Assembly (NCBI GenBank): GCA_044892525.1
Contig: CM097885.1
Coordinates: 234,982,001 to 235,046,000 of the forward strand
Source of the DNA: Schmidtea polychroa
Taxonomy: Eukaryota
Direction of reading: 5' to 3'
DNA: 64,000 nucleotides
In this document: positions 34,218-49,210 of the stretch, piece by piece
Position numbering within the stretch: the stretch's first letter is position 1
How the letters are laid out: every line of letters begins with the position of its first letter
Program-made: the position numbers and the translations under genes
Notes under the pieces: model-generated
Told to the model about the DNA's origin: nothing
Seen by the model: the letters and a program-made list of their open reading frames with translations, nothing else
Database searches by the model: none

Positions 34218-34525
34218 ATTCTAAATAATAAATAATTCGGTAATTAATTAATCATGTTAACAATCTTCTGCAGTCATTTTTATCACTTTAAAACTATATT
34301 GTAAGTTTGTTTATAGATTATCTTTGTTAAATTTGCATGTCATTTGCATTAATGTTGCAATTTCTTTGTTAATAAACAGAAAAACAAATATGACTAATAC
34401 ATTTAGTAAATACATTAATGCAACATTAAAATAGTTGTGAAAGTCTAGCAGACATAATTTTCCAAATAGGAGAATACACATCATTATTATCAACTTTATA
34501 TCCTTGGATTATAAATGTTATATAC

Positions 34526-36518
34526 CATGGGTGTCAACTAATTTTCCTATAAGATCTACTTCGCGCAGTAAAAATCATTTGCGATCTACTTTTTCTAAAA
34601 ATAAGAGTAAGAGGAGAAGGCAATATTTAGGGGTCCAAATTTCACGATTTTTAAAATTTAAATTAAATAAAAATCATATATCGATAATATTTATTAATAG
34701 TAATAATTAAAAACATTCACAAACTTTACATATCTTTTAAAAAAATATAATTTTATTTTTATTGATTATGATAATGTCGTCTGTTAAGAAGGAAACTGAA
34801 AAATACAAAAATATAATTATATTATTTTTACAACTAAAGTAACTTACATAAGAATAGGCAAAAATAGTTGAAAGGTTTTCTGCAATTGTCTCTGCTTTAA
34901 TATTGCTATCAAATGGTAAACTCATAAATAAAACTACATTATCAAGTTTTTTAAAATCTTCGAAACGGTTACCAAATTCTTCAATAACGTTCTTAATTTC
35001 TTTGATATATTTATTTTCATCATAATTAGTAGAAGCAGAACTTTTTAATTGCGCCAACATGTTTGGGAAATTATATAAATTTTTATTTTCTAGCTTTGAT
35101 ACAAGCAGATTTAATTTTTCTCTGGAAGAGTTTACAGCACTGATCATATGGAAAATCGTTTTATTAGGACCTTGTAGTTCTAAATTTAAATCATTTAATT
35201 TAGCTATTATATCGGTTAAAAATGCCAAATCTAATAACCAAATATTGTCATTCAACTTTTTGTAATCATCGCCTCTTTCGCTAAGAAATTGCTTAATTTC
35301 GTTGATTAGATCTCTAAATCGCTGTAGAAATTTTCCTCGACTTAACCACCTAACATCAGTATGCATGAGCAGTTCGGATTTTCCACCATCATCAATTTCT
35401 TCCACCTGTAGTTTAAAAATACGCCTTTGGAGACTTTTGGCACGAATTGAATTAGAAATTTTGAAAGCTATATTCATAATTTCTTGCATATTTAAAACTT
35501 TAGCACAGAGCACATGCTGGGGTATTATACAATGATATTGTAAGAAATCGGGAAAATCTTCATCATTCCGACATAGTGCGATGAAACCATTTCGACAACC
35601 TGTCATAGCTGGTGTTCCGTCCGTCGTAATTGAAACAATTTTATAGAAGTTTTTAAAACTGGTAAATAGATCTTCACCTCGAGTTTTTCCTTTTAATGGA
35701 ATGATTGTAAGTAATTCTTCTTTAGTCGAAAAGTCTTTAAAAACCATTCTAATGAAAATAATCATTTGAGATATGTCAATTGCATCAGTAGACTCATCCA
35801 ATTGAAGTGAAAAAGCTTGACAATTCGTAATGTCCTGCATTAATTGTTCTTTTAAATTTGAACTTATTTGGTCCATTCGCTTTGCAACTGTATTGCGTGA
35901 TAACTGTAAATCGTTGATCGCAGAAACTATTTCTGACTTATTTTTATAGTCACAAAATAAAGAGTCAGCAGCTTCTAAAAATGCATTTTTTAAAATAGCA
36001 CTATCACTAAATGGTTTCTTATTTTTACCAAGAACATAGCATACTCTTAAAGAAGCAATTGTAGCCGACTTTGACTTTGATGTTTCTTTGGTGAAAATTA
36101 ATTGTTGCGATGAAAGGCATGCCTTAAGTTCAGTAATTTTAGCTTTTCGTAAATCAGTTTTCGGCGAATAATCAATCTCATATGCACCGTTTTGAAATTT
36201 CGTTCCAAATTTCCTTTCTTTGGTAATGAAACACTATTATTAAAAATAAAACAACAGCATTTCTTCTTTATCATAATAAAGAAATAATCATGCTCCTATT
36301 CTTCATGATAGTGATAAGTTTAAATCATTTTAGAATTATTCATGGTGTCACAATTTAAAAAATTTTTAATTTATGTCAATTTGATTACTACCACCCGTAC
36401 AAATAGTTTTTGATTCTTGAAATTGAAAATGACAACTTGAAAGGAAGTAAATATCTGAAATATGAATATTTATTGCCGATCGACCGGTAGATCGCGATCG
36501 ACGTTATTGACACCTCGG
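34526..36518 (-). mobile_element. hAT (Charlie/GTF2IRD2-like) transposon with disrupted transposase
   Basis: Imperfect TIRs CATGGGTGTCAA / CCGAGGTGTCAA; 8-bp TSD TTATATAC; FSLQLDESTD, TTDGTPAM, HTDVRWLSRG. Confidence 0.85.
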
Positions 36519-37024
36519 TTATATACCCATTTTCGTTTTCTTTGAAACCGATTTCATTAAAGGCATCATAAAATCTTGTATATCTCTTTTTGAACCATGC
36601 ATGTTGATTACATGGTAGATTTGAATTTATCCGTTTGAAAACATCATCAATAGTTTTAAAATATATCATTGAAAGCGAGTCGGATAAGAATTGAAATTGA
36701 GTAGGAATTAGCTTGATCGATGCAACCAATTTCATATTGATTTCTTCTTTTAAAAATACATTTTGTAGTTGTGAAACATTTTAACCGGTTGTACAAGTTC
36801 TTCTTCTTTAGGTTTTTCAGTGATTGACATTTTCTTGTTCATCGTGAATAATGATTAAAATGAAATGGTATAGGATTTATATACTTTTGACTCGTGCCTA
36901 TCAACCAATCAGATTATAGCATGTCTTTGTTTAAATTGCATTCAAAATGCATTGATGTTGTATTAATGTTTTATTATTATTATTACTATTCTCAAACTAT
37001 TTCTATTATTATTATTACTATTAC

Positions 37025-37109
<85 letters not shown>

Positions 37110-37918
37110 GAATAAATAGTTAAACATACATGACAATGATTTAACTATAAGATAACGCCAATCAAACATTCTTTTCACGATATATTTCGACAGTTTTCCT
37201 GTCATCATCAGGTGGGATATAATAACTAATTAAATTTAAGATTTTAAACAAATTTATTAATTATATATAAAAAAAAATTTTTTTTATTTTAAAAAAACAT
37301 TTAATTATTTTTAAAAATTTATACTTAAATTAATATATTATTTTTTTAAAATTTTAGCATTTAAATTTAATTTAATAATTTAAAAAATTTTTATTAATTA
37401 TTTAATTTAATACAACAATCAATACATACAATATAAAAAAACCTATTTAAAAACTAATTAAAAAACTTATTTAAAAAAACATTCAAAACACAAGTATTTA
37501 CTGAATTCTGCACATTAATTTTCGGATTCAATGATTTTATCAACAAAGCCTCACAAATCACATGTTCCCAATAATTATCGAAATTTTTTAATAAAATTTT
37601 AAAATCAGACATACCTATTTTAATCTTACAGCCCTTATTGTGCTCACCAATATGGGTCAAAGCCTTCGGTCCTCTATGTTCTCGAGCTCGAATACAGAGA
37701 TGACGGAAAGTCTCTCCAATGTATGTGGCATTACACCCATTACATGTAAACTGATAAACGAGATCGGAACACAATTCGACCGGAGTTTTTGACTTATTGA
37801 TAAACATATTGCGTACTTTCCATGAAGTTGACACTATGCTATAGTTTAAATTCCCTAACTGCTTTCTTATCTTCATTTTATAATCCTTAAAACCTTCTGA
37901 GTATGGCAATACTAACAC
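37110..37918 (-). mobile_element. Penelope-like element 3' fragment (GIY-YIG endonuclease ORF 37454..37918)
   Basis: LVYQFTC..C..TYIGET.R.L..R..EH..EALLI....P.IN; ends in a hammerhead motif next to (TAA)n. Confidence 0.88.
37176..37214 (-). ncRNA. Minimal type I hammerhead ribozyme
   Basis: Minus strand CAC-CTGATGA-T-GACAG-GAAAA-CTGTC-GAAA-TATA-TC-GTG. Confidence 0.75.
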
Positions 37919-37919
37919 A

Positions 37920-38510
37920 ATGAAAAATTATTGGTGAGAAGAGTTCGAGTGAACCCCTCATTAATAGCTGGTCATCAATTGGGTCTTAATTCAAAAGATG
38001 CAATTAATCCATTAAAAACAAAGGAAATTGAACAATTTGCTATTTGCTAAAGGTGCTTCATCATTCTTTAAAGAACAAATCTTTGGTGACACAAGAATGC
38101 CTAATTTTATTCTGATAACATTTCAAAGTGAAACACAATATACTACTTCCAGCTTAATTTTCAAAAGCTTTGGTGTTGCATCATTGACTTTGTCGAAAAA
38201 TACTAATTATAGAGAAACATAAATTCAAGATTTCGAGAATGACAATTACTGTGCGACATATATGCAGATTATTGTCAGAAATCTGGGTTATTTAGATAAA
38301 AGTTTGAATTGTGGAATAATTCTAGAACAATTTAAAAGCAAATACCCATTTTATTCATTTGTTTTAGCCCCCGATTTTAATTTAAATCAGAGTCAATTAC
38401 CCCAAAATGGAAATTTACGACTGCATATAAAGTTTACAAAAGCCATTACTGATACTGTGCATGTTATATTATATGGAGTATTTGAAAATAAAGTTCAAAT
38501 TACTTGAAAT
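37920..38510 (+). pseudogene. Polinton-type major capsid protein, C-terminal remnant
   Basis: LLVRRVRVNPSLIAGH..L; FGDTRMPNFILI; YSFVLAPD..GNLRLHIKF..ILYGVFEN; frameshifted. Confidence 0.65.
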
Positions 38511-38609
38511 AGAACAGGGCTGGTATAATTGTATACAGAAATACTGAAAGTTGTCATGGAGTAAGTTGTTTTTATATTGTTTAATTTATTAAAGTAGTTC
38601 TGTTCAGGT

Positions 38610-38930
38610 CAATAGAACTGGAAAACAGATATTGGGAAATGAATTTGTAGGAGATTTTCCTCTAAATAAAATTCCTTATTTGAGTAATAATCAAGCTATG
38701 ATCGTCAATACTCAATCGTCTTATCTTGGTGTAGAACATTGGATAGTTATATACATATATATATATGAAACCTGGTAATATATTCGTGTTCGATCCAATG
38801 GGTTTCTATTACCCGGCTTTGTTGATATCAAAACTACAAACAATGGGGAAACCTATTGTGTATAATAAAACTATGTTTCAAAATCCATTGACCCAAACAT
38901 GTAGTCAACATTGTTGAGCCTGGTTGTTTT
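38610..38930 (+). pseudogene. Adenain-like cysteine protease remnant
   Basis: IVNTQ....VEHWI, FVFDPMG, FQNPLTQTCSQHC across a frameshift. Confidence 0.7.
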
Positions 38931-38967
38931 ATAAAAACCTGATGTTTAATAAATGTATATTGTATCC

Positions 38968-39039
<72 letters not shown>

Positions 39040-39795
39040 ATTATTTAAATTAACTTTATTATTATTTGGATAGATATCATTATTTTGTCATAAAGACATC
39101 ACATGCGTGGAGCATGCGCAATGCATATTAACAAAGAAGTGACTAACAAAGACAGTCACATAAAGTAGATGCATGTTTTGATGCAATGTGATTGGCTGAG
39201 ACAGGAAAATATTCATTCTCTTTATAAACATTTACAAATCTGAAATTTGTCACAATTATTTCAAAATTTATAAATTTATAAATTTAAAATGCCCAAAGGT
39301 AACAATAATAATAATATTTTACGAAGTCTATTGTCGACTGGTAGTTTTTTTTATTATTATTTATTCATTTTAGTTATAAAGGTGGACTTGAACGAAGAAA
39401 TTAATGCTTCAACTGCTTTAAATTAAATGGATGCCCCAACTCGGAATGCCCCTGTGCGGGATGCCCTATCTGAGGATGAAACAGATTCCGACATGGAATC
39501 TTAATGTTAGTTTTTTATATTTAATTTTATATTTTTAAAAGTTTAAACATTTTATTTTTAACAACGTAAAATTTCTTAAAGACTTATTAAATTCTAAAAA
39601 TGATGAAAATGCAAATATTATGAAAATATTATAAAATGTTCCTGAAAGTACTATGCAAATGATGAAAATGTTTTAAAAAGTTGTTAAGAAAATATTATGC
39701 AAATGTTTAAGATAAAGGAATTAATAAGTTTATAAGAAAATAATAGAAATTAACCAAAGTAGTCAAAAACTATCGCTTTCTTTATAATAATATTG

Positions 39796-39853
<58 letters not shown>

Positions 39854-39855
39854 TG

Positions 39856-39907
<52 letters not shown>

Positions 39908-39985
39908 TAATAATATTGATAATAAATAGTTAAACATACATGGCAATGATTAAATTATAAGATAACGCCAATCAAACATTCTTTT

Positions 39986-40024
39986 CACGATTAATTTCGA
40001 CAGTTTTCCTGTCATCATCAGGTG
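39986..40024 (-). ncRNA. Minimal hammerhead ribozyme in a Penelope terminal fragment
   Basis: CAC-CTGATGA-TGACAGGAAAACTGTC-GAAA-TTAA-TC-GTG. Confidence 0.75.
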
Positions 40025-40278
40025 GGAAATAATAACTCATTAAATTAAGGATTTTTAACAAATTTAATTATATATAAAATATTTTTTCATTTTATAAAAA
40101 AATATATTATTTTTTGAAATTTTAACATTTAAAATTTAATTTAATAATTTAAAATATATCGATGTTTGTTGATACTCACAAATTTTCGGCACTGCCTTTT
40201 CAAGTGAATTTCATTCTTGAGTATCAACAAACATCGATATATTACTGATTTATAGTCTTCAAACTCTCTTTTTAATTC

Positions 40279-40395
<117 letters not shown>

Positions 40396-40803
40396 TAACA
40401 ATTAACGGGAATGGCGTTTATTTATTTGTTGTACTTTTCAAGTAATTAATAGAAATTTGATAATAAAAACAAATAATTGACAAATATAAACAAAATCTCA
40501 ATGATTTGATAGGAATAATTTCACTGCCAAAATAAAATTCCACCAAATTAATATTAATTATAAACTATTGGTTGAATAATAAATGTATAAATATAATTGA
40601 AGTATTTTATCATAATTATTGAGACAGCTTTGTAATTAGTTAACAAATTTAGATTATTATTATTAAATTAGAAATTTAATTATAATTACTTCATATTAAT
40701 CATATAAATATTTATTTTCGGTAGTTAATATTCCACTTATGCTCTATATAAGCTAATCTGATTGATGGTAATTTCAGTTAATAAAATTATTTCAGTTGTT
40801 TCA

Positions 40804-41331
40804 ATGAGCACAAATAAATTATTCAATTGTCAAACGAAAGATTACATTTTTGTCAATTCTAATAAGTCTGTTGAAATAGGGAAATATGACCCGATTCATG
40901 ATTCTTCAAATGTTTTCATTACGTATTTTTACAATGAACAAAGCCCAAATTGGATGAATTGCAAAATAAAGCATTTGGCCTCTCAAATGTATTTCTGTAA
41001 ATCTAGATTCAACCGAGGACTTAGTTTGACTAGTGATAAATCTGACATTAAAAGCTTGAATGATCCCAGATGTTTCATTTGGGTTGGGGAAAATGGCCAA
41101 TTCTGTCTATGTCAATCAGATGATGCAAGCTTGGTAAGTAATAAATTGGTAAAATTAAATGTAAAGCTAAATGAAATATTTTAGGAAGGTCACTTCAAAT
41201 TAATTTGTGAGGCAAACAGTAAACTTGTTACAAAAATATATGAAGGAAATCTTGATGTTATAAAGAATGTTTGGATGTCAGATCGGAAAAAATCTCAATA
41301 TTTTTGGTATACTTGGACTTTAGGAAAATGA
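40804..41331 (+). CDS. Copy 2 of spliced 158-aa possible beta-trefoil protein (exons 40804-41133, 41185-41331)
   Basis: Phase-0 51-nt GTAAGT...ATTTTAG intron; exon 2 EGHFKLICEANSKLV..WYTWTLGK* stays in frame. Confidence 0.62.
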
Positions 41332-41459
41332 AATTTGGCAGATTGTTTAGAATATATTATATACTGTTTCTCATTATTCCTATTGTTTTCCAAATTTTCA
41401 CATGAACTAATTTTACTGAAATATTAAAAAATCGAATTAATAATAACCATCATCATAAT

Positions 41460-43260
<1,801 letters not shown>

Positions 43261-44498
43261 ATTATAATATTGATAATATTGATAATATTGATTTATAACA
43301 TAATTTCTACAGTGATTATTTAGATTTATCATCATTTGTTATTATATAGTTCATTTATAAATGGATTAAATAATAAAAAATGATGATAAAGACCGATGCA
43401 ATATAAATTATTAGTCATTAAATCTTTTATACAATTTTATTAAACTTTAATATAATCATATTATATTTATCAGGTCGATTATATCCCAATTATTGCCTTT
43501 TATCAATTGGGCACAGTGATGAATGTCATGAAGACATGAAAAAATATTATAAAAAATTTTTTAATGGCATCAACGTTTTATATGCCTAAAATGCAAAACT
43601 TCTGAAAAGATTAAATATAAATTATTTTTTAATAAGCACCATAGTCACTTAGGGCAATTTTCGAGAAAAAAAATGAATTATTTAAAAAAATAATTAAAAA
43701 AATAAATCAAAAAATTATTATACAAAAAAATATTATACAAAAAAATGTTATACAAAAAAAAATTATAGAAAAAAAAATCACAAAAAATAATAATAAAAGA
43801 CCTGCTGATGTAATTAAAAATATAATTCCAAATAAATTATCGCGACCTTTAATTAATTTAGAACAAGAAGTGATAGTCATCAGCAATAATGAGCGTGTAG
43901 CTTCAACATCATCTTTTACAAAACAAAAAGTGATAGTAATCAGTAATGATAGTTATCAGAATCCGATTTGAACAGATCTCGAAAAACCTTAAAATTCGAT
44001 ATAAGAAACGAAAACTTAATTAAAATAACCCTCACATCTAAAATTGAAGAAAGGCTAATAGGCGAAATAGAAAAGATGGGAATGTAAAAATTCAGTTCGC
44101 AGTTTTAATAAAATTTGAAAAAGATGGGGAGATCCGGGATAATTATTTTTCAAATAACGCACAAGTTTTTCCAGATAATTTTCTGAATGAACGGGTGAGC
44201 AAATTAAATGAAAAGATCGAACGATTAACATTTTTAGGAAGCGGGTGGCGTGTAATCAATATATTGGAAATAGATTTTATTTTAACTAAATTCGCACCCG
44301 TTTAGTAGATTATCTGGATATAGTTATTTAAGAACCTCATCTGCATTAAAATTTAAACATGCAATTATTCATGTAAAAAACAACGACCATAAGTGTTTCT
44401 TATATAGCATTCTTGCACTTTTGAAAAGAGAAGAAATAGATCATCATCCTTAAAGAGCCGCCAAAAATTACGAATTTTTAAACATTTTTAATTATCTA

Positions 44499-47400
44499 AG
44501 TTAGATATCTTGTTGTTTTAATAATTAGGAATTTGCGGTTTTTGTGAATTAATTAAAACTTGTTATTTATAAATTCTTTGATTAAATATATATTGTTAGT
44601 TTCAAGATTTTGCTGCAAATTAAAAGATGAATCTAAAGATGGATTTAACTGGCAACCACGCCGAAAATCAAAATATCAACGCCATTTCGAAATCGACAAA
44701 ATCTCTAATGGAATGCCTACCGAAATCATGCCAAGACATGCTCACACTGAACATCAGACGATATGATGGACGAGGTTTAAAAGAAGCCGAAGAATGGATC
44801 AGAGATATAGAAGAATGGTTGCTGACAAATGGACAGCGATTGACAAGCACTTTCGATGTTTTATTAGTGGCAGAAGCAAAGACATTGTGGGGAAACGTCA
44901 GAGACACAGAAACAACAGATGTCAAAGCCAAAGTGTGGTTCTTAAATACGTTCACAATTACAAAATCAATAACTGACAAAATCAGAGAATTGGCAGCTAT
45001 GGAACAGGAAGATGATGAAAGGTTTGCAGCTTTTGAGATACGGCTAAGAAAAGCTTTAGTTGAAGTTGTAAATTCAGGACGATCAGAAGAAGATATTGTT
45101 TAAGATCTCACCGCAAATAAAGCACGCGATGCGAGACTGAGGGAGATACTATTGACGAAACCAGAAACAAAAATTGAAGAAACGAGATCATTGGCGAAAA
45201 TCTTTGAAAGTGTCAAAAATGGAAACCATAAAACAGAATTTGTTAAAGCAATCGGTCAAAGAACATACGCTAGCGTGACTGAGGGAGGGCAGATGAGAAT
45301 TCAACAGAATACCCAAAATCCCATGCCTACATCACCACAAAGAAGACAATCAGAAGACCCGTTTAGTCACCACAGATCAAGAAGAGACGAACATCCTATA
45401 CGCGTACCAATACAATATGAAGGAAATAACCATGGTCGTCGAGAACAATCACCAAGAGAACAATTCTTGAGAAATGCGAGAATCCCGAATAGCTCAGAGA
45501 GGAAGCTGCCAACAATATCCATGAAGAATATAGCAAGGAGGCTGTACAACGAAAGTAGAGGACTACCACAAACGTCGGTCCCAAAATTAACGGTAGGTGA
45601 TTGTTTTTGCTGTGGCGAAAAGGGACACAGAAGGTATGAGTGTCAACTGGGAAATAAATGCCTGATATATGGCAAGGAAGGTCACGGTTTCCGAGATTGT
45701 TTTTCGTTACGGAAAGAGGTTCCACATCGATATCAAAGGATAGCGTGCATAGAAGAAGAAGATTCAAAATCTGAAAGAAGAGATTATACCGAGAACAGCC
45801 AGGATTTCAGAACTGCTCAATGCGACATGGAAGATAGATACAATGTCCCTGAAAAATATACTATATTAGAGAAGACGGAAAAAACAACAGTGACTCCATG
45901 GGTTTCATTTCGTCGGTGGAGTCAAGACAATAAATTGTTAAATAAGAAATGAACGACGAAGAGACGAGGCAGAAGAAGAGATGTACCAGACGAAAGATGG
46001 AAGAAATTGGAGTAAAATAATGTTGAATAATGCCGAAACAGAGATGTTATGGGATTTTGGAGCATCAGTAACAGTCATGAGCAAGAGTTTGTGGGAGAAA
46101 ATAGGCAAACCAGAACTTAAACGTAGTATGATATTATTATGCGGAGCTTTTTCAACTGGAGGTGAAGAAGCAATGGGATACATGACTATACCGGCCACAT
46201 GGAATCAGAAGACCAAAATAATCACAGTAGTAGTGGTAAAAGAGATCAAACCCGAATTCATAGGGGGCATTGATACAATGAAAGAGTTTGGAGTACAGTT
46301 AGTGAAAATCAATAATATAGAAACGTCATTGATAAACAAATTTTACACTGACGAAGAAAGAATAAATAAAGCACTAGTGGCGATGGCAGGTGAGAATAAT
46401 AAAGATATTGAAGGAATGATCAGGGAATACGGCGGAATTTTTATGGCATCGAAATTCGATCTGGGATTTACAAACTTAGTTCGACATGAGATGCGGATAA
46501 CAGGAGGCCCAATAATGCAACATCCTCGACGTCAACCAATGCACATGGAGAAAAGGATTGAAGAACTGATAAGAGAGTTAATGAAAGCAAATATTATTCG
46601 ATGTTGCAAGAGTCCTTGGAATGCCCCGTTAGTTATAGTAGGGAAGAAAGATGGATCTATCAGGATGTGTGTAGATTATCGTGGATTAAATTCCATAACA
46701 GAAAAAGAGTCATTTCCTATGCCTAACACCAAATTCTTACTAGACTGTCTCGCGAATGCAAAAGTATTTTCGTCAATCGATTTAGGTCAGGCGTATTATC
46801 AAAGGGAGTTGGCTCCAGAAATTCAAGAAATGACTGCATTCAGTACAAGAGAAGGATAATTTTGCTTCAATAGACTACCGTTTGGCTTAGCAACAGCTCC
46901 TGCGACATTCCAGAGACTGATGCACACAGTGCAAGAAGGAATGCTATTCAAGGGAGTAGTAGTTTATCTAGATGATATCTTGGTATATGGTAAAAGTCAA
47001 AAAGACAACGATGAGCTATTAAGGGAAATATTCAGAAGAATTCAAGTGGCAGGACTGAAGATAAATCCAGAAAAATGCAAATTCAATAAAACAGAATTGT
47101 GTTTCCTTGGTCACACAATTAACGAGAAGGGTATCCAGACAAACAGGAAGAAAGTGGAAGAGATCGAGAAAGCAGAAGTACCGAAATGTTCAAAACAATT
47201 GATATCGTTTCTCGGATTAACGAACTACTATAGAAGATTCATCAAAGACTATGCCAAAATCGCCGAACCATTATACGCTGCAACATCTGGATGCGATAAA
47301 GATATAAATTGGACTAAAGAATGCAATGAGAGCTTCCAAACTCTGAAGAGACGGTTGTGCGAAGCACCTATCTTTGATTTTCCAAGAGAAGATAGGACTT

Positions 47401-49210
47401 TTATCTTAGACACAGACGCTAGTTTCGGAGCCATTGGTGCAGTTTTGAGTCAAATTACAGAAGATGGAGAAGAATATGTTATAGCTTATGGCTCGAGACA
47501 TATGTCATCACATGAAAAGGGATACTGTGTAACCAGGAAAGAACTGCTCGCCGTACATGAATACGTCATGCATTTTAGAGAATATCTGTACGGAAAAAAA
47601 TTCATAATTTGCACCGACCACAAGGCATTGGTTTTCATGAACACTACAAAAACGCCATTCAGTCCGCAATTCCAAACATGGTTAGCTAACCTGTCGGAAT
47701 ATGATTTTGAACTAAAATATCGGAAAGGCGAAGAACACTCAAATGCAGATGGACTATCAAGATTAAAAAGTATGGTTTGCACCCAGTGTCAAACAAGACA
47801 TGAAGACGCTAAGGAAGGAAAATCAAAGATTAGATATATATATATATATATATACTATCCAAAGAACAGAAGCTATGGAAAAAGTATGGGAACAACAACA
47901 AAAGGACATTCGGTTTCGAGAGCTGCGAGAGATATTGGAAAATGGATGTACACGGGAGAAAAAGAATCGTTTTCCTTTAAACGTAAAAAATACACAAATT
48001 GATGGAGGATTAATAACAGTAGAAAAGAACAAAAATATCTTAATGTTAGTCCCAGAAACATTTGCAGGCCTGTTAACAACAACGCTACATGAAGAACTAT
48101 GTCACATTGGAGTTAAGAAATTATTTCATTATATGGAAAAGATATTTTATTGGCCGAAAATGCAAGAAACAATCCAACTCTGTTTACAATGTTGCGAGAT
48201 CTGCGCTAAGAGAAAGATCGATCAGACAAGAACCAAGGAAACATTTATTCCTAGATATAGCTCTGAATTCCTAGAACAGATTGTTATAGATGTGGCTTAC
48301 ATGGAAATAAACGCCAAAAAAATATATGGTAGTAATGGTGGACCGTTTTAGCAAACTGATTTCTTTAACTGCAATCACAAAGCAAGACGAAGAGACCATT
48401 TTCAAAACAATACTTAATAGTTGGATCTATCGATTTGGAAAACCGAAGAGTATTTTAACAGATAGAGGCCGAAATTTCGAAGGGAATTTCCTAAGACAGA
48501 AGCTACAGAAACTTGGAATCAAACAGGAATTCAGCTCACCTTATCAGCACCAATCAAATGGTTTAGCCGAAAGAGCCATACGAACGATAAGAGATCTTAT
48601 TACAGCAACATTGGCAGGTGGATGTGAAGAGAGAAACTGGCACGAACTTCTACCCAGAATAGAGTTCACTATAAATAGCAGTCGACAAAGTGCTACAGGT
48701 TTATCACCATTTGAGATAATTTATGGATGGAGTGTTAACCTACACTCTAACCTGAAACAAGCCGAGATATCAAGAAGCGAAAGAATCGAAGACGTGAGAT
48801 TTAACTCGAGTAAAGCCGCAGACACTATGAGAGCTATGGATAAGACAAAGAGGGGCACTCGTGTTTTCGAGGTGGGGGAGGAGGTACTCGTACATAAAGA
48901 GCCGCAGAACAGGCACAAGGATGGTATGCAATACGATGGCCCATATAAAATCGCCAGATTTCTATCACCTCATCGAGTCGAACTACATTCACAAGAAGGA
49001 ACGAAAGAAAGAAGAATCGAGTGGCTGAAGAAGTGGAAAAAGTCTTAAGAAGGGGAGAGTTAGATATCTTGTTGTTTTAATAATTAGGAATTTGCGGTTT
49101 TTGTGAATTAATTAAAACTTGTTATTTATAAATTCTTTGATTAAATATATATTGTTAGTTTCAAGATTTTTGCTGCAAATTTAAAGATGGATCTAAAGAT
49201 GGATTTAACT
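44499..49210 (+). mobile_element. Small Ty3/Gypsy LTR retrotransposon, structurally complete but decayed
   Basis: LTRs 44499-44650 and 49058-49210 (AGTTA...TAACT, 3 differences seen); 5-bp TSD ATCTA; PBS-like TGGCAACC; PPT AAGAAGGGGAG. Confidence 0.95.
44627..49048 (+). pseudogene. gag-pol with stops and frameshifts
   Basis: CCHC knuckles; WDFGA protease; YLDD; TDAS; integrase TDRG..AER and GPY. Stops at 45101 and 46857; (TA)n frameshift at ~47840. Confidence 0.9.
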
